Numbered from the stretch's first letter, positions 27,158 through 37,781 are shown. The stretch is DNA of 44,978 nt from Candidatus Pacearchaeota archaeon (GCA_023139205.1 JAGLOA010000005.1:1-44978); one strand, 5' to 3'. A program made the numbers and translations. Notes: generated by a model not told the origin, from the letters alone.

Positions 27158-29815
27158 TTAATTGTTTCTATATTTGACAAACTTATAAATTTCTCCTACA
27201 ACAAATACAGAACTCGCTAGGAGAGTTATCATCCCAAACTCAAAAAAACTTAAGGGAACAAACTGAAATACTCTTGATATCCCCGGTAAATAAATAACTC
27301 CAAGCATCATTAATAATGAAGTTGCAAGAGCGACTATCATCCATTTATTTGAAAAAATTCCAATCTTAAATAAAGATTTTTTTAAAGAACGCATATTAAA
27401 TACATTAAAGAGCTGGAACATTGACATAGAAACAAATGCAACTGTTCTTGCCTTGTCTAAACCTTGTGGAAGAAAATATTTGAAAAGAGGGATTGTCCCT
27501 AAAACCATAAGCCCCACCATTAAAATTAAAAAAGGGATTAATTCTTTGTTCAAAATTTTTTCTTTTTTATTTCTTGGGGGATGATTTAAAGCATCATTGT
27601 GTCCTGGCTCCATTGCAAGAGCAATACCTGGAGGAGTATCAGTAACTAAATTCAAATAAAGTAATTGAATAGGCAGCATTGGAAGAGAAAATCCCATTGT
27701 CAAAGCAGAGATAATTGTGAAAGCCTCTGCAATATTTGTTGTGATTAAATAAAAACTTGTCTGACGAACATTTTGAAAAACAATTCTTCCTTCTTCAATT
27801 GCATTGATTATTGAAGCGAAATTGTCGTCAGTCAAAATAATCTCGCTTGATTCTCTTGCAACATCTGTTCCTATAATCCCCATGGCAATTCCAATATCTG
27901 CTCTTTTCAAAGCAGGAGCATCATTAACTCCATCACCAGTCATAGCAACAACTTCTCCTTGTTCCTGCAATGTTTTAATAAGCTTAGATTTCATTTTCGG
28001 GGTAACTCTTGAAAAAACATTTATTTTTTTTACAGCTTCTTTAAATTCCTGTTCAGACATTGACTCTAATTCTTTTCCGGTAAAAGATTTTGTTTTTCCC
28101 TGGACCAACCCAATTTCTTTTGCAACTGCAAGAGCAGTTTCTTTATGGTCCCCTGTTTTCATAATAATTCTTATCCCGGCATTTCTTGCTTTTTTTATTG
28201 CTTCTTTTATTTCCGGGCGAGGAGGATCTTTCATTCCAACAAAACCTAAAAAAACAAGATTATTAACCAAATCCTCAGAAACAGATTTTGTATAATGAGG
28301 CAAATCCCTATATCCTAATGCCAAAACCCTTAGTCCTTTTTTTGCTAAAGATTCTGCTTTAATTAAAAATTCTTTTGTTGTTTTATCATCAAATTTTAAT
28401 TTCTTGCCAGATTTAATAAAATAAGTAGATTTATTTAAAATAGTTTCAAAAGCTCCTACTGAATAAAGTTCTTTTTTATTATCAGACTCAATTAAACTTG
28501 CCCTGAATTTTAATTCAGAACTAAAAGCAAGGTCATCAATTATTTTTTCTTTTATCTCTTTATCTAATCCGGATTTTCTCCCTAAAACAAGAAGCGCTAC
28601 TTCAGTTGGGTCTCCAATAATTTCATATTCGTTATTTTTCCTAACAAGATTCCCTTTATTACAAAGAAGAGAAATTTTCAAAATTTTTCTAAGCAAAGGA
28701 AATTTAAGAGGATTTATTGGTTTTTTATTTTGTAAAAATTTTCCCAAAGGTTCCCATGCATTTCCCGTGATATTAAATTCTTCATCAGAAGTAATAATTT
28801 CTTCCACCATCATGGAATTCTTAGTTAAAGTTCCTGTTTTATCTGTAGCTATAATTGTTGCAACTCCTAAAGTTTCAACTGCAGGCAAATGTCTTATCAC
28901 TGCATTTCTTTTTGCCATACGCCTAGCCCCAATTGCTAAAACAATAATTAAAACTGCAGGCAACCCCTCTGGAATTCCTGAAACTAATGTGGCAATAGTA
29001 AACAGAAAAATTTCAAAAAATTCTAATTTATTTATAAAAAAACCAATAACAAAAGTTAAAGCAGCCCCTATTCCTGCAAAAATAGACATTTGAATTGCAA
29101 GTTGAGTTACTTTTTTATTAAAGTGCATTTTTGGCTGAACAATTTCCTGAATTGATTTTGCAACTTGCCCAACTGCTGTGTGATTTGCTGTTTCTACAAT
29201 TACTGCTTTTGCCTCTCCTGAAACAACTAAAGTTCCCATAAAAACCATATTAACACGGTCTCCTAAAGAAGCAGATTTTTCTAAGATTTTCAAGTTTTTT
29301 TCTACAGGAAAAGATTCTCCTGTTAATGAAGCTTCCTGAGTTCTGAAATTTTTTAGTTCTATTAAACGTGCATCTGCAGGAATTTTATCTCCTTCTTCTA
29401 GAAAGATTATATCTCCCGGAACAATTCTTTCTGAGGGTATTTTTATTAATTGATTATTTCTATAAACTTTTGCGTAAGAAACAATTAATTTTTTCAAAGC
29501 ATCTATTGCTTTTTCTGCTTTTCTTTCCTGGACAAAACCAATTGTAGCATTAATTAAAACCACTGCTAAAATCACATAACCATCTACAAGATGGTCAAAA
29601 ACAAAAGAAATAATCATAGCAACAAATAAAACATAAATTAATGGGCTGTTAAATTGTTTGAGAAAAATTAATATTTGAGGGGTTTTCTTTTTTTTAGAAA
29701 TTTGATTTAATCCAACTTCCCTTAATCTTTTTTCTGCCTGACCCTGGGTTAACCCTTCGTTTGAAGTTTTTAATTCTTCAAATATCTCCTCTTTTATTTT
29801 GGAATGCCATTCCAT
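27158..29815 (-). CDS. P-type ATPase, P2A (Ca2+-type)
   Basis: TGES, IPEGLP, DKTGT, TGD, GDGVNDAPAL, NLVTD. Confidence 0.95.
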   Translation of the reverse strand: MEWHSKIKEEIFEELKTSNEGLTQGQAEKRLREVGLNQISKKKKTPQILIFLKQFNSPLIYVLFVAMIISFVFDHLVDGYVILAVVLINATIGFVQERKAEKAIDALKKLIVSYAKVYRNNQLIKIPSERIVPGDIIFLEEGDKIPADARLIELKNFRTQEASLTGESFPVEKNLKILEKSASLGDRVNMVFMGTLVVSGEAKAVIVETANHTAVGQVAKSIQEIVQPKMHFNKKVTQLAIQMSIFAGIGAALTFVIGFFINKLEFFEIFLFTIATLVSGIPEGLPAVLIIVLAIGARRMAKRNAVIRHLPAVETLGVATIIATDKTGTLTKNSMMVEEIITSDEEFNITGNAWEPLGKFLQNKKPINPLKFPLLRKILKISLLCNKGNLVRKNNEYEIIGDPTEVALLVLGRKSGLDKEIKEKIIDDLAFSSELKFRASLIESDNKKELYSVGAFETILNKSTYFIKSGKKLKFDDKTTKEFLIKAESLAKKGLRVLALGYRDLPHYTKSVSEDLVNNLVFLGFVGMKDPPRPEIKEAIKKARNAGIRIIMKTGDHKETALAVAKEIGLVQGKTKSFTGKELESMSEQEFKEAVKKINVFSRVTPKMKSKLIKTLQEQGEVVAMTGDGVNDAPALKRADIGIAMGIIGTDVARESSEIILTDDNFASIINAIEEGRIVFQNVRQTSFYLITTNIAEAFTIISALTMGFSLPMLPIQLLYLNLVTDTPPGIALAMEPGHNDALNHPPRNKKEKILNKELIPFLILMVGLMVLGTIPLFKYFLPQGLDKARTVAFVSMSMFQLFNVFNMRSLKKSLFKIGIFSNKWMIVALATSLLMMLGVIYLPGISRVFQFVPLSFFEFGMITLLASSVFVVGEIYKFVKYRNN

Positions 29816-29864
29816 AATTATATAAAAATAGTAAGGTTTAAAAATTCATTCTTCTCTTTGATTT

Positions 29865-30181
29865 TGTAAGTTGGGTAGTTAACTTCGGGACTCTGACATT
29901 AAATTGTCAAGAAATAAAAATGATTTCTGGGTTCTGTGGAAGGTCCGCCCACCACAATAAAGTTATCAGGAGAAATCCTGGCTATCGTGAGGTAGAGCGC
30001 TGTTACAGAAACGCCACAGCTTTCGTTGAGTTATGAAACTTGCGTGGAACTTTGAAGCGAAAGATTTGATGAAACGAACATCTTAACTGGTGCAAGGTCT
30101 TGAACCGCATAGTGAAATGTTAACAAGTTCTGTCTGAATAAGATCAGAGAACTACAGAAGGTGGCCTATTCCCAACTTACA
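29865..30181 (+). ncRNA. rnpB: archaeal RNase P RNA
   Basis: P1 TGTAAGTTGGG/CCCAACTTACA; GGAAGGTCCGCCCACC and ACAGAAGGTGGCCT forming P4; ACAGAAA, TGAAACG, GGTGCAAG conserved blocks; TATA at 29837. Confidence 0.93.
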
Positions 30182-30782
30182 TTATTCTTAAAACTTTTAA
30201 AATTATCAATGCAATTTGCCCGTTAAATCCTGCAAAAACAGGGATGATCATATTATCATCTGCATGAATAAAAAAAGTTTCTACAAATGTTGCTGTTAAT
30301 GCCATTACTAAAACAAGCATCCAATTTTGTAAGAAGATAAATCCAATAAAAAGATTAACTGCTAATTCAGCAATTACTCCTTCCCATTTTTTGTGTGGAA
30401 CACGTTTAATTTTATGTTTTCCAAATTTCATTCCAACCAAAGCTGCAGTTAAATCTCCAAAAATTGTCATTAACAAAGCTACAAAAGCAATTCTAAAATC
30501 AAAAATAGAAAAAGCGATTATAATTCCTAGCATAAAATAAACATGGCTTGCTATTTTATTTTTTTCCTTATTTCTATAAAAAACATGAATAAAAGGTATT
30601 TTCTTTTTGTGTTTTATCCTAATAAATTCTATAGATAAAAAAATAATTAAGACAAATGTTAAAGATAAAAGGGCTAAGCTTCTACTTATGTATTTTGCAA
30701 TTAAAACATAAAGAATAATTGGGATTAAAGAAGTTAAATGGATTAATTTTCTTCTGAGTTCAAAACCAAAGGATTTTCCCAT
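30177..30782 (-). CDS. SEC59/DGK1/VTE5-family CTP-dependent lipid kinase
   Basis: RRKLIHL, GDLTAALVGMKFG, KKWEG, DDNMIIP. Confidence 0.9.
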   Translation of the reverse strand: MGKSFGFELRRKLIHLTSLIPIILYVLIAKYISRSLALLSLTFVLIIFLSIEFIRIKHKKKIPFIHVFYRNKEKNKIASHVYFMLGIIIAFSIFDFRIAFVALLMTIFGDLTAALVGMKFGKHKIKRVPHKKWEGVIAELAVNLFIGFIFLQNWMLVLVMALTATFVETFFIHADDNMIIPVFAGFNGQIALIILKVLRIM

Positions 30783-30905
30783 ATTTTATAGTAGATATTT
30801 CTGTATATAAATTAAGCGAAAACATTTAAAAGTCTAAAAGAACCATTATTTCTATTGGAATCTTGGCTATATGCTTCGTGGAGGGCTAGGTTCTTGAGAA
30901 AGTAT

Positions 30906-30977
30906 GGGGCCCTAGCTCAGCGGGAGAGCACATGACTGAAGATCATGGTGTGCTGGGTTCGACTCCCAGGGGCCCCA
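30906..30977 (+). tRNA. tRNA-Phe (GAA), intronless, CCA not encoded
   Basis: GGGGCCC/GGGCCCC acceptor, GCTC/GAGC D stem, CATGA-CTGAAGA-TCATG, CTGGG-TTCGACT-CCCAG. Confidence 0.97.
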
Positions 30978-31101
30978 TTTTAAAATGAAAGACACCCGTT
31001 GGTTTCTTTCGAACTTCCTCTAATTGTGGAACGGCGATTTCTAATTGCCTCCGTTGAAATCGCACAAAACATTTATAAAATAAAATCTCTATACTTTTAT
31101 A

Positions 31102-31368
31102 ATGGTGAAAAAAGAGGCAAAAGAAATTGGTGAAGGACTTGGAATTTCTGGTTTTACCTTAGGATTTTTCAGCATCCTCTTAGCTGGTTGGTTAGGGATA
31201 ACAACTTCAATTTTTGGATTTATCTTTTGTTTTATTCAACAAAAAAATAAGCCTACTAAACTTGGGAAAATAGGGATGACCCTAAATATAATTGGGTTTA
31301 TAGTTAGTATAATTTTTATTATTATTTATACTTTTTATTTACCACAAATATTACAACAACTTGGATAA
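31102..31368 (+). CDS. small membrane protein (DUF4190-like)
   Basis: GFTLG...G..F..IQ.K...GKIG..L.IIG pattern. Confidence 0.7.
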   Translation: MVKKEAKEIGEGLGISGFTLGFFSILLAGWLGITTSIFGFIFCFIQQKNKPTKLGKIGMTLNIIGFIVSIIFIIIYTFYLPQILQQLG

Positions 31369-31369
31369 A

Positions 31370-31930
31370 ATGAAATCAAAAACAGGAGCAATGGAGATGA
31401 GTGTTGGTACAATTGTTACCATAGTTTTACTTATGAGTGTTTTAGTTTTAGGAGTTTTCTTAGTAAATAAAATTTTCTCAGGTGCAACTTCAAGTGTTGA
31501 TGAGATTGATCAAGAAGTAAAAAAACAAATTAGTGAATTATTTTCAGCAGATGAAACAAAAGGAGTAATTGTTTATCCTCCTTCAAGGAAAATAGAAATT
31601 AAAAAAGGTGAAGAGGGCAAAGGATTTGCATTTTCAATAAGAAATAAGGGAGATGAAAAACAGACTTTTGAGTACATTATTACTGCAGAAGATACAACTT
31701 GTTCAATAAGTAAAGAAGAAGCAACCGAATACATTGCATTAGGAGGCGAAGGTGAAAAAACTATTGGAGCTGGGCAGATTATGGAATATCCAGTACTTGT
31801 TACATTTAACCTTCCTGAATCAGCTCCACCTTGCAATATTAAATATAAATTGCTGGTGGAATGCTCAACATGTGGGACAGATTACCCTGTTTCTGATGTG
31901 GATATAGACTTACTTATTAAGGGGAAATAA
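31370..31930 (+). CDS. archaeal pilin-like surface protein
   Basis: MKSKTG/AMEMSVGTIVTIVLL class III-like signal plus hydrophobic helix, beta-rich C-terminus. Confidence 0.65.
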   Translation: MKSKTGAMEMSVGTIVTIVLLMSVLVLGVFLVNKIFSGATSSVDEIDQEVKKQISELFSADETKGVIVYPPSRKIEIKKGEEGKGFAFSIRNKGDEKQTFEYIITAEDTTCSISKEEATEYIALGGEGEKTIGAGQIMEYPVLVTFNLPESAPPCNIKYKLLVECSTCGTDYPVSDVDIDLLIKGK

Positions 31931-31966
31931 ACTTAAATTTTTAAATTACTTTTTCTTGAATTATTT

Positions 31967-33349
31967 ATGCCTTTAAAATTATATAATACTTTAACAAGAA
32001 AAAAAGATATTTTTAAGCCGATTCATGATAAAAAAGTCGGGATGTATGTTTGCGGTCCTACTGTTTACTATTATGCACACATAGGTAATTTTAGAGCATA
32101 TGTTTTTGCAGATACATTAAGAAGAGTTTTAAAATTTAATGGATTAAAAATTAAGCAAGTCATGAATCTAACTGATGTTGGACATTTAACTGGAGACGGA
32201 GATGAAGGAGAAGACAAGATAGAAAAAGAAGCAAAAAAAGAGAGAAAAACTCCTGAAGAAATTGCAGATTTTTATGCGAAAAAATTCTTTGAAGATTTTG
32301 ACAAATTAAACAATGAAAAACCTGAAATTATTTGTAAAGCCACAGAACATATTAAAGATATGATTCAATTAATAAAAAGATTAGAAGAAAAGGGTTTGAC
32401 TTATATTGGGAAAAATGGAAATGTTTACTTTGATACTTCTAAATTAAAAGACTACGGGAAACTCGCAAATTTAAAACTCGATAAATTAAAATCTGGTGCA
32501 AGAATAAAAGTTGATGAAGACAAAAAAAATTCCAGAGATTTTGTTTTATGGTTTGTAGAAAAAGGAAGTAAATATAAGGGACACTTATTGAAATGGGATT
32601 CCCCTTGGGGAGAAGGATGGCCAGGATGGCATATCGAATGTTCTGCTATGTCAATTAAATATCTTGGGGAGCAATTTGACATACATACTGGAGGAGAAGA
32701 CCACATTCCAGTTCACCACACAAATGAAATAGCACAAAGCGAAGGAGCTACTGGAAAAAAACCCTGGGTAAAAATATGGATGCATAATTCATTTTTGCAA
32801 TTTAATTCTGAAAAAATGTCAAAGTCAAAAGGAGGAATTTTAAAATTACAAGACTTATTAGATAAAAGCTATTCTCCAATGAATCTTAGATATTTTTATT
32901 TATCTGGTCATTACAAAAAGCCATTAAATTTTACTTTTAAAAATCTTGATAATGCTAAAACAACTTATCAAAGATTAAAAAATATTATTTCAGAAATTAA
33001 AGAGGATAAAAAAATAAATAAAACATATTTAAAAGAATTTGAAAATTCAATGAATGACGATCTGAATACTCCAAAAGCATTGCAGGTTTTATGGAAACTT
33101 GTTCGTGATAAAAAAACTAAAGGAAAATTAAAAACAATAAAAAAAATGGATGAAATTTTTGGTTTAGATTTGTTGAAAAAAGAAGAAATTAAAATTCCTG
33201 AAGAGGTAAGTAATCTTGTTAAAGAAAGAGAAAATGCGAGAAAGAGAAAAGACTGGGAAATGGCAGATGAATTAAGAAATAAAATTAATAAATTGGGTTA
33301 TGTTGTTAATGATACAAAAGAAGGAGTTATTGTAAAGAAAAATGACTGA
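31967..33349 (+). CDS. cysS: cysteine--tRNA ligase
   Basis: [31 protein letters not shown]. Confidence 0.98.
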   Translation: MPLKLYNTLTRKKDIFKPIHDKKVGMYVCGPTVYYYAHIGNFRAYVFADTLRRVLKFNGLKIKQVMNLTDVGHLTGDGDEGEDKIEKEAKKERKTPEEIADFYAKKFFEDFDKLNNEKPEIICKATEHIKDMIQLIKRLEEKGLTYIGKNGNVYFDTSKLKDYGKLANLKLDKLKSGARIKVDEDKKNSRDFVLWFVEKGSKYKGHLLKWDSPWGEGWPGWHIECSAMSIKYLGEQFDIHTGGEDHIPVHHTNEIAQSEGATGKKPWVKIWMHNSFLQFNSEKMSKSKGGILKLQDLLDKSYSPMNLRYFYLSGHYKKPLNFTFKNLDNAKTTYQRLKNIISEIKEDKKINKTYLKEFENSMNDDLNTPKALQVLWKLVRDKKTKGKLKTIKKMDEIFGLDLLKKEEIKIPEEVSNLVKERENARKRKDWEMADELRNKINKLGYVVNDTKEGVIVKKND

Positions 33350-33479
33350 TAACCTAAAGGTCACGAGCGAAAATAAAGATTGTCCTTGTCCAGAAACCTG
33401 GTGCTCAAAACATGGGAAATGTTCAGAATGTCAGGAATACCATCAGGCAAGAAATGAAAAAACTTTTTGGGGGAAATGA
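33342..33479 (+). CDS. small Cys/His metal-binding protein (45 aa, not in ORF track)
   Basis: My translation [45 protein letters not shown]. Confidence 0.65.
   Translation: MTDNLKVTSENKDCPCPETWCSKHGKCSECQEYHQARNEKTFWGK
33347..33367 (+). repeat. 21-bp palindromic element (TGATAACCTAAAGGTCACGAG)
   Basis: 19/21 identical to the 7763-7783 copy; the two differences are a compensatory pair. Confidence 0.8.
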
Positions 33480-33506
33480 TTTATAAAGGAGATATTAGAT
33501 TATAAA

Positions 33507-35075
33507 ATGAGAAATAAAACTATGGAAAAAAATAAAGAAGAATATTTGATTGAAAAGTTAGATGATAATTTAATTGGTAAAACTTTAGCTATAGAAGGGG
33601 TAATTGAAAGAGTGAACCAAACAGGAGGACCAACGGTATTTTTTGTCAGGGATGGTACAGGGGTGTTAGCACTTAAAGGATTTATTAAACCAGGAGAAAG
33701 AGCATACCCTCAAATTTTGGAGGGAGATTATATTAAAACAATTATTGAATTAGGGGAGTTTAATGGTGAACTTGAAGGGGATATTAAGAAAATTTCTAAA
33801 GGAGAACAAGAAAAATTAAAAAAGAAAATTGAAGAAAGAGAAAGAAATAAAGCACAGGTAAAAGATATTAGTTTTTTAGTTAAAGATAAAATTTTAGAGA
33901 AATTAAAGGATTTGCTTATCAAAGCTGCAACTGAAATTCGTTTGGCTATCCTTCAAAGCAGACCAATTATTGTAAGGCATCATAATGACACAGATGGTTA
34001 TGCTGCTGGTTTTGTTCTTGAAAGGGCCATAATTCCTTTAATTATCAATCAACACCATTCAGAAAAAGCTGCTTGGGAGTTTTTTATGAGGGCGCCATCT
34101 ACAGCACCATATTATGAGCTTGATGATTCAATCAGAGATACAGCAACATCCTTAAGAAATGTTGCAAAGTTTTCTAATAAAATGCCTTTAGTGATTATAG
34201 CGGATAATGGTTCAACACCAGAAGATTTGATGGCGATTAAACATGGGAAGGTTCATGGAGAAGATTTTATGGTAATTGACCACCATGGATTTGACGAAGA
34301 TGTTATTTCTAAAGAAGTTTTAGTTCATATAAACCCTTTTTTAGTTGGAGAATCAGGTTCAAGCTTTTCAGCAGGAATGCTTTGTGCAGAATTATCCAGA
34401 ATGATAAATCCAGATATACAAAATGTTGAACAAATACCTGCCTTAGCAGGATTAGCAGATAAAATTGATTTAGAAAATCCAAAAGTTATAAAAGATTATT
34501 TAAAAATTGCAGAGAAAGAAGGATATTCAAAAAATTTGTTAGAGGATATTTCTTTGGTTATTGAATATGTTTCTGCCAAAGTTCGGTTTATGGAAGTCAG
34601 AGAATATATTAAAGTTTTATTTGGTGAACCCAGAGATAAGCAAAAAAAATTAGTTGGATTAATGGCCCCCCATATCAAAAATTTAGATAAGAAAGGTTTA
34701 GAAATTGGTAAGGCTAATGCTGTTCAAGAAAAAATTGGGGAAATAACTCTTCAAACAATTGAAATTGAAAATGTATTCCCAGGATTTGGATTTTTTCCAA
34801 AACCCGGACGAGCCATAAGTCTTGTACATGATAATTTACAAAAAGAAACAGGAGTTAAATCATTATTAACTATGGGGCTTATGAAAACTGCAATAACTAT
34901 TCGGGCTACAAATCAAGCAAACTTTTCAATGCATGAATTAATTATTTTTTTAAAGGAGAAATGTCCTGCAGCATTTATTGAAGGAGGGGGGCATAAAAAT
35001 GCAGGTTCAATAACCTTTTTACCAAATAAAAAACAAGAGGTTTTTTTATTAATTAAAGAATTTTTAAAGAGATAG
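33507..35075 (+). CDS. RecJ-like DHH phosphoesterase with OB fold
   Basis: QTGGPTVF OB fold, RHHNDTDG, DNG, DHH, GGGH. Confidence 0.9.
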   Translation: MRNKTMEKNKEEYLIEKLDDNLIGKTLAIEGVIERVNQTGGPTVFFVRDGTGVLALKGFIKPGERAYPQILEGDYIKTIIELGEFNGELEGDIKKISKGEQEKLKKKIEERERNKAQVKDISFLVKDKILEKLKDLLIKAATEIRLAILQSRPIIVRHHNDTDGYAAGFVLERAIIPLIINQHHSEKAAWEFFMRAPSTAPYYELDDSIRDTATSLRNVAKFSNKMPLVIIADNGSTPEDLMAIKHGKVHGEDFMVIDHHGFDEDVISKEVLVHINPFLVGESGSSFSAGMLCAELSRMINPDIQNVEQIPALAGLADKIDLENPKVIKDYLKIAEKEGYSKNLLEDISLVIEYVSAKVRFMEVREYIKVLFGEPRDKQKKLVGLMAPHIKNLDKKGLEIGKANAVQEKIGEITLQTIEIENVFPGFGFFPKPGRAISLVHDNLQKETGVKSLLTMGLMKTAITIRATNQANFSMHELIIFLKEKCPAAFIEGGGHKNAGSITFLPNKKQEVFLLIKEFLKR

Positions 35076-35133
35076 ATTAAAACTCTTTTCTGGAAGAGAG
35101 AAGATATTTAAATAATTAATTCTAAAACAATTT

Positions 35134-35748
35134 ATGTTAATTGCCAGAGATAAAAAATTATTTAAATCCATATTAAAAGAAGAGCATGTCCAGGAACATT
35201 TGAGAGTATTGAAAAAGCACCATAAAGAAACATATTACCATAGTCTTAGAATAGGATTATTAGGGATTAAAATAGGTTATAAAAATTCTCTTCCCAAAAG
35301 GCAGATAAAATTATTAGGGTATGCAGGATTATTTCATGATTTAGGAAAATTAAATGTTCACAAAAAAATTTTATCTAAAAGTTTTCCATTAAATGATGAT
35401 GAAAAAAAGATGATAAAACAACATCCAAGATGGGCATTTTTAAAATTAATTGCTTTTAAAGAAGGTGATGTTAAAAAAATAATAATTCAAAATCATGAGT
35501 ATGGAAAAGATCCTTATCCAAGAAAGGGGAAAGATCGTAGAGAAACAAAAAGAGAGTTTGAAGAAAGAAGAAAAAAAGATTTGGAAATTGATAAATTAGT
35601 TCAGATTATTGCAATTATTGATATGTATGATGCACTTGCTCATAAAAGATCCTATAAAGAACCATTAGATAAAAAAAAGATTTCTGAAATTCTGAAAAAA
35701 GAGTTTAAAGGAGATAAAATTTATATTGACCAGATACTCAATTTATAG
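35134..35748 (+). CDS. HD-GYP-like phosphohydrolase
   Basis: HS.R, FHDLGK, HP, NHE...PYP, DMYDAL..RSYK. Confidence 0.85.
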   Translation: MLIARDKKLFKSILKEEHVQEHLRVLKKHHKETYYHSLRIGLLGIKIGYKNSLPKRQIKLLGYAGLFHDLGKLNVHKKILSKSFPLNDDEKKMIKQHPRWAFLKLIAFKEGDVKKIIIQNHEYGKDPYPRKGKDRRETKREFEERRKKDLEIDKLVQIIAIIDMYDALAHKRSYKEPLDKKKISEILKKEFKGDKIYIDQILNL

Positions 35749-35787
35749 GAAAAGAATATAAATCAGATTTCTTTTAAAAAATAAAAG

Positions 35788-36510
35788 ATGATGAAAAAAG
35801 CTATTTTATTTGATTTAGATGATACCTTATATGATTATGAACCTGCTCATCAGAAAGCATTGAAAGCAGTATATCCTATTGTTGAAAAAGAAATGGGAAT
35901 TCCTTTTAAAAAATTTGAGAGATTATTTGATTTATCCAAAAGTGAAATTCATAGGGAATTAGCTGGAACTGCTTCATCCCATAATCGAGTTTTATATTTT
36001 CAAAGATTGATTGAAAAAACATTGAAGACATTGGAACCAAAAATAACTTTAAAACTTTATAACACTTATTGGGATACTTTCTTAAAGAGTATGAAATTAA
36101 AAAAAGGTGTTTTGCAAACTTTAAAGAAACTTAAGAAAGAATTCAAGATAATAATTCTCTCTGATTTAACTGCGCACATACAATTAAAAAAAATAAATAA
36201 ATTAGGTTTAACTCCTTATATTGATTTTTTAGTCACTTCTGAAGAAGCAGGCATAGAAAAACCACATCCTAGCATGTTTTTATTAGCATTAAATAAAGTG
36301 GGTATTCTTCCTTTTGATGCAATCATGATTGGAGATAATCCAAATAAAGATGTTGAAGGAGCAAATTCTGTTGGAATAGATTCAGTTCTTATAAGCAATA
36401 AAGTTAAAAGAAACCAATTTTCAGAAGATTATAAAAAACCGGATTACATTATAAAAGAAATACCTGAAATATTAAGAATTTTAGAGGATATAAAAAAGGT
36501 GAAAAAATGA
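35788..36510 (+). CDS. HAD subfamily IA hydrolase
   Basis: FDLDDTL, EKPHP, MIGDN...DV. Confidence 0.93.
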   Translation: MMKKAILFDLDDTLYDYEPAHQKALKAVYPIVEKEMGIPFKKFERLFDLSKSEIHRELAGTASSHNRVLYFQRLIEKTLKTLEPKITLKLYNTYWDTFLKSMKLKKGVLQTLKKLKKEFKIIILSDLTAHIQLKKINKLGLTPYIDFLVTSEEAGIEKPHPSMFLLALNKVGILPFDAIMIGDNPNKDVEGANSVGIDSVLISNKVKRNQFSEDYKKPDYIIKEIPEILRILEDIKKVKK

Positions 36511-37781
36511 CAAGAGTACATTATGCAAGTTTTATTAATTTAAAGTATAAACCAAAACCTACAGACCTTGTTTGTCAGTTTAAGATTACTCCTGCAAAAG
36601 GTTATGGTTTTCAAGAGGTTTGTTCTATTACTGCAGGTGAGAGTTCTGTTGGGACATGGACAGATTTAACAACAGTAAATACAAAAACCCAAAAGAAAAT
36701 TACTCCAAAAGTTTATTATTTAGATAAAAAAAATTTGAGATGTAGAATTGCCTACCCTTGTGATTTATTTGAAATGGGAAATTTGCCTGAGATTTTATCT
36801 TCTGTTGGAGGAAATATTTATGGGATGAAATGTGTTACAGGACTTTTATGGGAAGATGTTAAAATACCTGAAAAAATGTTAAATAGTTTTAGAGGTCCGA
36901 GATTTGGAATTAAAGGTATTCGAGAATATTTGAAAGTTAAAAACAGACCTTTAGTTGGAACTATTGTTAAACCAAAAGTTGGGCTTAATGAAAAAGAACA
37001 TGCAAAGGTTGCTTATGATTCGTGGATCGGGGGATGTGACGTCGTGAAGGATGATGAAAATTTAACTAGTCAACCATTTAATAATTTTTACAAAAGAATT
37101 CTTTTGACTTTGAAAGCTTGTAAAAAAGCAGAGAAGGAAACTGGGGAGAAAAAAGTTTACTTAGCAAATTGTACTGCTCCTGTTGATGAAATGATTAAGA
37201 GGATAAAATTTGTTGAAGCTAATGGAGGAAATTATATTATGCTTGATATTTTGACTTTAGGTTGGAGTGCTTTGCAAAAAGCAAAAGATACAACTAAACT
37301 TCCCATTCATGCACATAGAGCAGGGCATGCAATGTTTGACAGAACTCCAAATCATGGAATGAAAATGGAAGTGATTGCACAATTTGCAAGAATGGTTGGA
37401 GTTGATACATTGCATATTGGAACTGCTTATGGAAAAATGACTGGTGGAAAAGATGAAGTTCTGCATATTGAAGAAGAAATGGAATCTGAATTTACTAAAG
37501 AAACCCAAGACAATTTGTCTCAAAAATGGTTTGGAATGAAACCTGTTTTTGGTGTTGCTTCTGGAGGAGTTCATCCTGGAATTGTAGATAAGATTATGAA
37601 ATTCATGGGGAATGATATTGTTTTGCAGGCAGGAGGAGGAATTCATGGGCATCCAAAAGGAACAAGAGCAGGAGCTATTGCAATGAGGCAGGCTGTTGAT
37701 GCAACTTTAAAAAAGATTTCTTTAAAAGAATATTCTAAAAACCATGAAGAATTGAGAGAAGCTTTGAAGAAATGGGCGTGA
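36507..37781 (+). CDS. rbcL: form III RuBisCO large subunit
   Basis: GESSVGTW, GN, KPK, KDDEN, HAHRA, GT..GKM, SGG, GGG: catalytic residues present. Confidence 0.95.
   Translation: MTRVHYASFINLKYKPKPTDLVCQFKITPAKGYGFQEVCSITAGESSVGTWTDLTTVNTKTQKKITPKVYYLDKKNLRCRIAYPCDLFEMGNLPEILSSVGGNIYGMKCVTGLLWEDVKIPEKMLNSFRGPRFGIKGIREYLKVKNRPLVGTIVKPKVGLNEKEHAKVAYDSWIGGCDVVKDDENLTSQPFNNFYKRILLTLKACKKAEKETGEKKVYLANCTAPVDEMIKRIKFVEANGGNYIMLDILTLGWSALQKAKDTTKLPIHAHRAGHAMFDRTPNHGMKMEVIAQFARMVGVDTLHIGTAYGKMTGGKDEVLHIEEEMESEFTKETQDNLSQKWFGMKPVFGVASGGVHPGIVDKIMKFMGNDIVLQAGGGIHGHPKGTRAGAIAMRQAVDATLKKISLKEYSKNHEELREALKKWA

Noticed and set aside
7012-29870. Both the ncRNA candidate and rnpB start with TGTAAG
   Set aside because: GATTTTGTAAG also precedes the 3848 CDS, so it is likely a transcription-start preference rather than shared RNA identity.
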